Positions 23,850-35,800 of a DNA stretch of 64,000 bases are shown here, one piece after another. Source of the DNA: Hydrolagus affinis (taxonomy: Eukaryota); the NCBI GenBank assembly GCA_012026655.1, contig JAAILG010000022.1, forward strand, positions 62,001-126,000, given 5' to 3'. The first letter of the stretch is position 1; each line of letters opens with the position of its first letter. The notes under the pieces were generated by a model. It was not told where the DNA came from. It saw only the letters and a list, made by a program, of their open reading frames with translations, and searched no databases. The position numbers and the translations under genes are program-made.

Positions 23850-26800
23850 CTATGAAGAGGAATTGCAAATGATTATAGGGATCAAAAGCAAGTTAAATAG
23901 CTGGGTCAAGTATTTTAATTTGATGATCAGTGACTTGTTAAATCAGCTTGGCTCTATTTTTCATGGCACATTCTGATATTCCGAGCATCATTGAGTATGA
24001 AACTTATTATTGGTAATCATACAGCAATTATTATAGATATATTGGAGGATAAGTGACTCATATTTAATTATCGATCCAACAAAATCAATATAATTCATAC
24101 GATTGTTGATTCTGTTTGGGACAAAAAATACTTTTATTAAAAACCTTGTCTTTTTGTACCTGGAAACTAGATGTTCCGATTTCTGGAGTAGTTTGAGCGC
24201 TCGCCTTGCAAGCGAGAGACCTGGGTTTAAATCCAGGCGGGGCGAAACCTTGGACAAGTTTCCTTATTCCACATGCCCAATAATAATCCCTCAAAAAAAA
24301 ATTCATTTGTCACTTCAATCCATGACTGTTTGTGGGACACTGCTGTGCGCAATTGGCTGCCGCGTTTCACTCACAAATAGTCAATTCACTTTACAGTATA
24401 TTCACGTCTTCTAGATGTGAATATACTGTATTAGAAGACGTGAAAAGCATGTTATCAAAAGCAATGATTATTATTATTATTCTATTTTAAGATCTAATTC
24501 CACAAACAAAGATACAGGCACTAACTTAATTTCCAATTTGCATGTTAAATGCTGACAATTGTTTTTATATTGAAACCAATGTACTGTATATCTCCTTCTG
24601 ATTTTAATTCACTGAAGCAAACAATCCAAGTTGAATAAAATGGAAAATACTAATGTCCATATAAAATGTGCTGATGAAAATTTGCTTCTCAAATGCCACC
24701 CTGTGTGAAATAAACAAGGAACAAAACAGAGATGTCATAAGGACATAAAAAATGCTCAGTCTCCTATTAAATGATGTTCTATCCCGGTGTGTAATATTGG
24801 AATGCGTTTCAGCCCAGCTTCCAATTGTATGTATAAATATTGTCTATTATCTTGTATGCTATCAATCATTTAATTGTTATGATGAAGATTAGGTTTTGAT
24901 TTTTGGTGTTCTCAGTTTCTCACATCCCATCTTGTGGATATTATGTTCATATCCCGTTAAGTATATATAAATTTAATTGACTTAAAATAAATTCGTACAA
25001 CAATTTCTTCTCACCAAACCAACAGGTCATATCTTATAATACTTGAATGAATTAAATCTTTTAAAAGAAAATCTTTTCAGATGTTATTTCACATTAAGTA
25101 CTCAGAATCAAGCTTGTTTCTGTTTATATCCCCCCCAAAAATGCATGACAGCTAAATGTTCTCTCATCCCTCTAAGATCCTGTTCACAACTTGAGATCAG
25201 CACATCCCTGCAGGGAAGGAGAGCATAAGACAAATAAATGCACTCACATGCCCAAAGAGCTAAATGGCTTAGCTGCTCAAAATCTCTAATACGTGACTCC
25301 TGCTGTCCCACTCAGAGCAGAATTGAAAGACTGGATGAGCTTTTTTAGGTTTGTAATCCCCAGAAGTCAGAAGAGACAAATTACGGCGTAAATGTGAAAT
25401 ACAACCTAAAGAGGAAGACCGTCTCTGACTATAGGATACTACAGTACTGCCTCTGCTTCTATCTTCACTAACTCACAAAAGAAGTTTAGATGAAGAATGC
25501 TCTTTGGTCCATTTGATCCTTCCAGAATAGCAGACCAACCATTGTGCTGTCGTGTGCTGTTTATTTTATGAATAATCATTATAAAGATTCTCTACTTTGT
25601 GAAAATTCATGACTATCTTTATTCTAATGCACATACAGTGATTATATATTCTCACTGAGGTTTGACATACAGTTCTGTGCTTTGCTGATGCCTTGCATCA
25701 GAAAATGTTGATCCCTTTTGTGGTCTGTGACAACCTGAAATATTCACCACTTATTAACTAAAGTAGTGCAAAGAATTTTCAAACTTGTGTAGAAAACTAT
25801 TTTTGACATCTTGCATATAACAGTATTTATTTGTTTTTAAATGCATTAGTTGTTGAACAATATTAGCTGATTTGCACTGATGAGATGGGTCTACATTCAG
25901 AGCCTCTGGAGCATTATCTACATTGGGTTAATAAATTCAAATGTGTTTTGATTTTTCTAAAAAAAAACAGAATTGGGTTGCGCAAAATTCTCTTGTACAT
26001 GATTTCTTGATCTTGGTTGCACCCTACGAAAGATGAATGAAAGATGATCTGAATTGGATATATCTAATGTCTTTCAGTTTTGAAGTAGCTGCTTTGGCTC
26101 CTTTCAGTGTTAATGTTATCTTGAAAATCCACACATGACTTAATTGGCCTGCACCAATTAAATCTTGTTTAATATAATTCAAATGAACTAAAATACAGCA
26201 TGCAGGTCTTAAAGATATATCAACAAACCACGGTACCACAATGCCTATTTTATCTAGAATATCTGTAAAATAGTCAAATATGCAGCACCATAATTACAGC
26301 ATTAGTATGGTAACCTTTTGTACAAACGCCATAGTAAGGAATAACAAAGCTAACTTTTAATTCCTTTGATATTTTTTCTAACATATATAAAAAGTATCAA
26401 TGCTAATTAGTAAAAATGCACAAGAATAGCCCTGTATTTTTGTGGAAAATAATATACAATAATGTGCATTGTATGAAATCTCCAAATTAACTTACACAAC
26501 GTTCCTATTAAAGGAACTAATTTCAACAATTAATAACAAAGGTTTGCTTAGTACCACTGATGAAATAAATTGGGTAAATGACGTGTTGATAACAAATGGC
26601 TTTAGTTTACATTCTGCAGGAATTTTAATGGCATACTTTACTACCCGAAGCACAATGCAATGTATCTGGACTTAACATCGTGCAGACTACAATGTGGGTA
26701 GTACAATCCTTGCTTTACTCTAGGCACCTTAACTGTAAAATTCTACTTCGGAGATTGGTGTTTGTTTTGGTGTTTATTGCATATTAGTCTTGTATCAGTA

Positions 26801-29800
26801 TTCGAACTTACTGCCACAATAGAGGACAATTAAAAAGCTTGATAGTGCAGATCGGAACCTGCTTTAGGTACTTGTGTAGCAATACTGCATCAGACAGGTC
26901 AAGGACATAGTCTTTCTTTGTAAGGCCACTGGAGTTCTCACTGAAATGTTTCACCCTCTTGTAACATTTTCCAGTATTATAATTGCCTTAGATACTTGCA
27001 CTTGATCTGCATCAATAGGCACTGAGTAAAATAGGAAAACAAAACTATGGAGGAAAATAGGGAAAAAAAAACTATTCATCTGCCCGATAAACTGGTATCA
27101 GTCTATCTCTCCTACACAGCTTGATGTATAGAAACGCATGACAAGTGACATCTTGAAGGGTTACACTGTGTACATCCTTATTGCCACTAGCATATTGCTG
27201 ATTTTTTTTTATTAAAAAAAACTTTTATTTTTGCTAAGGTTTTTTTTTCCAAAAGTAGAACTCTACAACATTTTCCTTGAAGATAACACTTCAAAACAAA
27301 TGGTGAAAGTCAGGTAACTGACATTCAGCAACTGACCAGTGACTTTGTTAAAAGATGTTACCATGTTCACACAATCAACAAAAGCAAGACAGAAAGTGCA
27401 GCTTGGCGCAGCATAAGCAGCTATCCATTTGCCTTCTTAGGACTTTGTTCCTTCCTCCCCAGAATTCTGTGTAGTTCAGCTGACATGAAGTAGGGCTTTG
27501 CTGCAGAACCATCATTTCTTTCCAAATCTTCACCTGGATACAGCAGCAAGGAGCCAAAGCAAGAGGGTGGGTGAGGGGGGTGTGCTCATCGAATCAATTA
27601 CAATGGAAGGGAAAGAGGAATGAAAGGAAGCACAAGAAATATGTTAGAAGATTCGGTAGCACGTTTGAAAAAAATATTGCCAGCCTTTTAAGAAACAAAA
27701 CAAACATAATTCCTGCCAGAATCTACAGAATCTAGTGAAGCTGGAAGATTACATTTTCACAGCTGGAGATATAGTTCAAGCACAGAAGTATCAAATGCGC
27801 AATCAGCATAAATTTAGGCCAGTGAACAATCAGAAAAGTGGGGAAACAATTTACAGTGTATTCAGGTTTCAATGATTTCAATGCAAAATAAATACTTAAT
27901 CAGATGTTTGTAAGATAGCAGCTTAAGTTTTCGGTTAAAAGGTTCAGCACATGTGCAGCAAAGCCATAGAGCTCAAAGTGTTTTGAATTCATACAAAGAA
28001 AGCTCTACGATGCATGAATAGTGATGATTTTAGAAAGAAAAACAACTATTGCAATATTTTAACTGCACTTCAAGCACTCTGGAAAACTCTCTCTGCCTGA
28101 AGGGGTATAAATGCAGGTTGTTGCTGTTGAATAAGACAAATGGTTATTGTGCAATCGGTCATACTGCAATGCAAAACACCACAGTTTATTTTATAACCTT
28201 AAAACTGCAGCAACTACAGTCTTGTGTTTCTAATGTTATTTGGACTTTAAATTGAAGTCAATGGGAAGATTGACTTGTGATATTAGTATGAATGATTACA
28301 TGGGTCATTTTGGATATGAGATTCAGGCATTCAGAAACTTGGATATTTCTAAAGAATAATTTGAACAGTGAAGGTTGCTATGGAAGTCTCCCTCAATCAA
28401 GGAACATGAGTATATTTACACTTACTCCCATCCTCCTAGACAACCAATTGAAAGAGAGCATGTATGCATTAAAAAGAAACAGGCAAACGCCACGAGATGA
28501 CACAGCATAATATATATTTTGATTGATTAGGGGGAGTGCAGATACTCAAAAAATAAGATTGTAAAAAAAAACCTGGTGACATGGATCCACCCACTGACAT
28601 CAGATGCCTACCTTGGTACTTTCACACATTGGAAAAATGTAACATTAAAAACAGGTATCACACATGCACAGAGGAAATCCTGTCCCATTGCCACAATCAC
28701 CATTCATTTTAACAATCTCTTGCCATTTCTAAACCTCAAATGGTTACATTTTGACAAAAATAAAATACGTACTAGCTGAATTTCTACCATTTCGTGTTTC
28801 AAATTCAGTTTGGCGCTAATGGCTGGACATCAGTGCGTAATTGTTTAACTGATTTTGTTTAATGAAGCTCACCACCTGCTGGTATCAGAAAATGGGCCAG
28901 GTTTCCTCACGTGATGCCTCTTCAGTTAGCGTGATTAACATTTTAGAGTGAAGGTATTATTGTATCAAGTAATATCAATACTGTGCTGTAGCTTTTTTAA
29001 ATGTTGAACAAAATAATAGAACATATCTAATTGTATTTTTTTTATGAGAGTACCTGTAGCTCTGTATAATTCAATATCTACCAGTGTCAGGGTAGACTGA
29101 TGCTGTGGTTAGATTACAGCAAATCCTTCATATATGCAATATATATTATACACTTAGAATCCCACATCCTTTCCAGTGTATTAAAAGTAAAACAGATTTT
29201 GATGGTACTGTATTATATTAAAGAAAACTAAAATGTTTACTATTTACTTACAGAAACAGAGGAATAAAGTATCTACACACATTGCATAGACACTGAAGAA
29301 ACCATGTGCAATTAGATACGATCCAAATATCACAGTCTGCAAACAGAGGACATATGCATTTCAATCAAATCAGTAGTCATGGGCAACAATTCGTAAAAGG
29401 GCATCTTTAGTTAGATGATTACACATTATTCAACATGGCTCTACTATCTTTGATCACTCAACTTTTCCACAATTCTATCCACAGACTATTATCTGGTACT
29501 TGTCTTGTCATGCAATGTGTGGAATGTGGTTATCTCAGAATATGAGAGCAAGCTGCTGTTTTTATTTTAATTCCATTTTGCTTGTCTTCAAGGTTAACCA
29601 AATCTTAGTTGAAAACAATAATAAAATTGATCTGATCTGATAATTCATACAAAACTAACATTAAAACGGTGGATAAGAATTCAGAATAAAAGAGTTTGGA
29701 AGTGTGTGATAGCATTATAAGTGCTAACCAGTTGGGTATGAAGTAAAGTAAGTTGTGTCAGGGTCACTGGTAACGATGCATTTATGTAAATAGAATGTAG

Positions 29801-32800
29801 AAAAAAATCCAAATAGATTCCTTACCACCAAAGGTACCCAATAATAGTTTAACATTGGTGCCTCATCTGCAATTATAGTTATTCTGCGTGTGAAGAAGAA
29901 AAACGCAAGCACCCCTGTAGACAAGAAATACATCTTACAAATTGCTCAGGGATTGTAAACATTTAACTGTGTTTGATTTCAACATATTGCAAACATACTT
30001 CAGTAAGAGTCAATGTCTTGAGAAAGAGATTACTCACCTACACCTCCAACAATCAGGAGTTTCCCCAGGAACAGTAGAAAATCTGTAACTTTATCTAATA
30101 CTGCCACTCTGTTGAGCAAGAATGAATGTATGTTCAAGAGATTTTTAAAAAGCATAATTTGGAACTACAGTATTTGAAAAAATTAAGCTACTTTCCTTGA
30201 TGTCTTGCATCTACTCAATTGGTTCAGGCCTCCTGCATGTCCATTGAGCTCTACGTTTCACTATTAGTGGCCACACTTTAAGTCACTATGTAATACTCTG
30301 TAATACTCTTCCTCAATGCCTCTATCTTGCCTCTTCCTTCCCTGATGAACCTGAAGACCTTCCTCTTTGACCATGCCTATGATCACATCCCCCCTTCCCC
30401 CAGGTTCGAAGTTGTGCTCTGTCACTCTCAAGTGCCCTGGAACGCTATTCTGTGTGAGGGGCACTATATAAGTGCAAGCTGTAGTTGTCTTGGCCAACGA
30501 TCCTCCAGATAAAGTTGGTCATGCAAATCATGACTATTAGTAGGGCATTGCTGAGTACAAATTGTCAGTACTGTACATTATATCCTGCGAAGTGCTTTGA
30601 GACATCCTCCCAAAATGAAAGACTCTATACCTAATGTCAGGATTATTATTAATAATAACAATCTTGTATAGATCAACCTAGCACAGTAGAACTATGATTA
30701 TCCAATCATTTCAATTATTAATTATCGGATAGCCGAGATTCTATCTTATTTTTGTATTGTGTTTTATAATCTGTGGTAAGATAATGAATATCTAGCTTTG
30801 ATACATATATATATATATATATATATATATCTATATATCCACAGTAAAACCTCAATAATCTGGCACGGTTGGGGCCACTCATCTCCCAGATTTTGGAGTT
30901 TGCTGGTATCTACCCTAGAAATAGCTGGGGAAGCTCAGCCCCATAGAAGGGAAAAAATGCCTGAGAGCTCAACGAACAGCGCTGGATGACAGAGCAGCCA
31001 CGCCGGGAACTACAAGCAGCTGTTCCAAACTTTGGGAGATTTGCCAGACATCGGGAAAAAAATTAATGCTGTTTATATTTTGAAATTTTGCCGGTTTTTA
31101 GGGAGTTGCCGACTTTAGGAATGTCGGATTGTCAAGGTTTTACTGTATATGACCACTCACCTGATAACATTCCTCATCAACAAAAAGAAGGCTTCCTTTG
31201 CAGACGTGCAGAAGTTTTTACCATATATTGCAATCTAGAAAATAAAAATATACAACATAACCAATGTGATGCTATTGCTATCACAGAGTGAAAAGTCTTC
31301 TAACAAGTGGTACAATAGATTTCAGTTCCCGAAACCAACTCACCATTATATATGCATTTCTATTAAGAAATTTAATGAATGTTTCCAGACACCAAAAACA
31401 ACATTTCATGCAGCACAGCACAAATTTAGCAAACTGGTTGTGTGCACCTGCAAGTGGAGAAACATATAATGAATGGATAGTCATAAGACAAAAGAAAATA
31501 CATTTAATATAAATTCAACAGTACATTTTAACTAATTTGCCCCAGACAATTATCTGCCAATTTGCAAACAACAAAATACTTTACATTCCTGCTCATAATA
31601 AGTAAACATTGTCGCTCGAAAATATACAATAATGTGAAAAATATTTTAGAAGCAGTAAGAAATAATTCCTTGTTTTCAAACTTTCCCATGATGGACCCAA
31701 TTGCCCTTTTTTCATCTTTTCATCAAAATTCAACAGAGACAACACAAGACAAGAATTGTAACTTGCCAAAGCAATAAGAGATAAGAGTTTGATCACCCAA
31801 GTTTGATGCTAGCGGCAGGAGAAACAGACTACTCCTTATGCTCAAAATTGACATTGGTAAAAGGACAATACAAGTCTACTTAGTAAAGCTTGGCATCAGT
31901 GAAACTTGGTGCAAAGCCCATAGAGCAAAACTCGGTGAACCTGAATGACTGACAATATGAATGAAGGCTACAAGACGTTGGTATTTATTGTTGTATTACC
32001 CACCACCGCTTAGGAATGTATGTTATTGGTTATGACTCAATCTTAGGTTTCTCTAATTACTTTATAATCTCTTCAAGTTTTGCTCTTTCTGATTCATTAT
32101 CTCATCTGAAGTTTGCCTAGAATATTGCTGGTGTAAAGCGCTACTATTGTATACATTTTGTAACCTATAGAATTACATACTACTACACATAGAAATAATA
32201 AAGAGATAATTAACCGTCTTTTTAATTCAAGGAAAATATTCACTTGAGAATACAGTTGACTCACATTTGATAAATCAGTCACATCATGTCCAATCAGTTG
32301 ATACTCTATCACTACTAACAGACTCATCAACTTCACCTATTAATAGTACAGACAAGCCAGCAAGTAGTCACAGACTCACTTGTTTACTTTTCATTCACAG
32401 TCGGCAAAGAGTGACTTTGCAAAGACTCACCTTTCAGTTTATTATCCAGGTATTCTAAAATGATTCTTATAAATTGTACAATTGCAAGAATTAAAGAGCC
32501 AAAAGCCAATGAACCTGTGTGGTACCTAGGAATAATGAGTGACAAACAGAAGTCATTAGTTATAAGGTACAAATAAATATCAGAGTGATCAAATGCAAGT
32601 AACAAAATGTGGATTGGAGTATTCATGCTACAAGTTGTTCCAGTCACTTTTTAAAAACATATGAGCAAATGCTGCCATCTACTGACACAATAACATATAA
32701 CTGACTGTAAATTGTTTAGCCTCATACCAGAAAGTAACTGATCTCTAGGACACTAACTGTAGTGCCCTGTGTGAGTCCTTCCATCACTTTTATTTTTATT

Positions 32801-35800
32801 CATTCCCTCTTGGCTCTTAGAAATTCTTATACAGTTCAATGACCATGAGTCTAGCAGGTAATGAAGGTGGCAGTGAAGTGAAGGGAAGAAAACCGTCAAG
32901 GTAGTCATTCTTCGCAGATTTTAAATACTTGTTGGCTGATTGGAGAACAACAAATCATGTAATAAATGCAGAGATATGAAAACTTCCTATTCCCCCACCC
33001 ACTCTCTGCAGAGGCAGCTTGCAGTGAGAAATGGAATAGAATGATAACAAGTAACCCGAATTGTCCTTGTTCTTACCTCAGTGTACGGCCAAATGACGCA
33101 AGCAGAGGGAATGCTGGTATATCAGCTGGCTTCTTAAAGGCCCAGTAATAGGAGGCAAAGGCACCAGCCAACGTGCACTGTCCCAATGCAATTGCAAAGT
33201 TCACAAGCCACAAGAAGACAACAAGATTGCAGATTTGAAGGACAAGGATGTATTTGTGGTAAATGCTCTCTCCGCCATAGAAAGCGAATGAACACTGAGC
33301 ACCCCGGCATACTTTGCTGACATTGGTCAAATTAAATGTCTAGTGAAAAAGAGAACATGCAGTCAGGCTTCTTACAAATGAAACACAAGACAATTGAGAA
33401 TTCTATGTAGCCACCAGAAACTTTCCAGTTAAGAAAAAGTCATACTGGGAATATTGCAAGTGTATATTAGTGAAGCGTGATGAATAAGGTTTTTTTTTGT
33501 TTGATGATGCAACAAAGCACAAAATGCACAGTTCATAAAATGATAGTCTGGCAATCATGGAATCTTCATGAAGTAATTCTCTCTTTTTCCACTTTCCTGA
33601 CATTATGTTATAAATACGATTCTTCTTCAAAATAGTAACGGGTATATCTATTATTTATTTATGCAGCAGATTGGACAGTGTCTCTCTGATACGGCATTTC
33701 CATTCTCAAAATAGGACTTTAATTTGTTACCGCTGTCATGTGAAGTGCAGATAGATCAAATCTGTTTAATCTGTTATTCATGACACATTCATTCCATGCG
33801 GTCTGCTAGAATCCATTCCAACAAATATAGTCAGGTATGTGTCTAAAGAATCATGTTCAATGTACATTCCTTTTATCACTACATGTTTGAATGCTTACCT
33901 CAGGATTGCATGTTTTGTTTGCATATATACAGTTGCCTTCGTTAGCCATCACTTTGTATACTGATTCACCAGACGTTGATAGGAATCTGCATGTTTGATG
34001 TTAAGATATATTTTATCATTCATACTGTAACACAAACTGTCAACATAGTTTTATGTTTCAAAGTATTGTAGAACTTTGTAAGACAGACATAGTGCCACAG
34101 ACCATTTGAAAAATGAAATAAATACAGTATGTCTGTAAAGTTGTAGTGCCCCATTGCCAATAATAATTCTTGCATTGGCTAATTAGTGTTGCCTTATAAA
34201 TTTGGAAGATAATGTTTAACACCCTTTGCAATTAATTTTAAGAATACATGTGTGCTGTGGGACCATTCATATTATCATTGCTTTAATTCTGCGATTCAAA
34301 TGCATGATTGTGACCTAAAATGGTCATACAGATCGCTGGAAACTGGCAGCCTTGTGTTTTTCCACTTGCAGTACTATATACTGTAATAATATATCAGTTA
34401 TCAACACTTTAGGCTTTTGTCAAAGGATACATAGATGTGACTGCCCAGTAGGAAATACAGATTGCTAGGAGTACAAAGGTGATGATAGGGTAGAATAGTG
34501 TCGACATGATATATCCTATGGCCCTGATGGGAAAAAAAAGCAAAACAATCATAACACTTAATATTATTGCATTCCGCTAAATCATTGAAACAATTTATAA
34601 TAAGTTATTTTAATAAAACATAATGTAGACATTTGGACTCTATTTGTAAATGCCCCATAGAATATCCACATATAGAACCAGGGAATCTCACAGCACAGAA
34701 GGAAGCCATTCGGCCCATCGTGCTTGTGTCGACTCTTTGAAAGAGCCAACAACTATTCCCATTCCCCTGCTTTTGCCCCATAACCCTTCCTTTTTTTTCC
34801 CTTTTGAAAGCTATTATTGAATTGGCTTCCACCACCCTTTCAGCAGTACATTGCATTTGAACATAGGCACATAAGTAGGCCATTCAGCCCGTCGAGCCTG
34901 TTCCGCCATTTAATTAGATCATAGATGATCTGTACCTCTACTAATCCTTTAAATTCCAATTTCCCGCTTTCTCCTTGAATCCATTAATATCCTGACCTTC
35001 AAAAAATTTATCAACCTCACTCTTGAAGGTGTGGATCGATCCAGCCTCTACGATCTTTTGGGGGAGAGAAATCCAGATTTCTACCACCCTTTGAGTGAAA
35101 AAATGCTTCCTGATTTCACTCTTAAATGGCCTGGTTCTAATTTTAAGACTATGACTAATATTATGCACCTCTGTAACTACACAAGAAAATCCTATTTTGT
35201 GTAAAATGTCTTTTCAGTTGTCGAATAACTAATGTAAAGTACAAACATGGCCCCTAACTGTAGCAGTGATGCACCACAGCCTTTAAGAGAAACGTTTGTG
35301 AATGGGACCAAAAATAATCTTACATACAGGACCTACTCCAGCTATAATACAAAGTGCAATGGTCACTTACTTGCTCCCTTCCCTGAGGAGTGCAATTGCA
35401 ATAAAAATTCTTTTTCTTAGGAAAACCAGCATCAGTATGATGATCACTTCAATAATGCAGAGAATAATCACTGAAAAATACCATAGCTGCATTTTAGAAA
35501 CGAGAAATATAAACATGTACTTTAATATAATTATGATTTAATGATGTTATAAGTGGGCGGCCAGCATGCACCTAAACCATTATTTTCTCTCTTTGCCGGA
35601 ATCCTGTAAAACTGTAGAAAGACTGCATTTGTGAGTTGCTCTCAATTTTTCCTTCTGATCTATGGTACGCACATGTAGTTTCTGCCTCTCTCCAATGGTA
35701 CAGTGGAGATCATAAACACAGTATGGAATCAGAGCAGCATCTTCACATTCCTTCCACTCTATTGGTTGACAGTTCGCAACTGTGCTTATGTAAAACGTAG

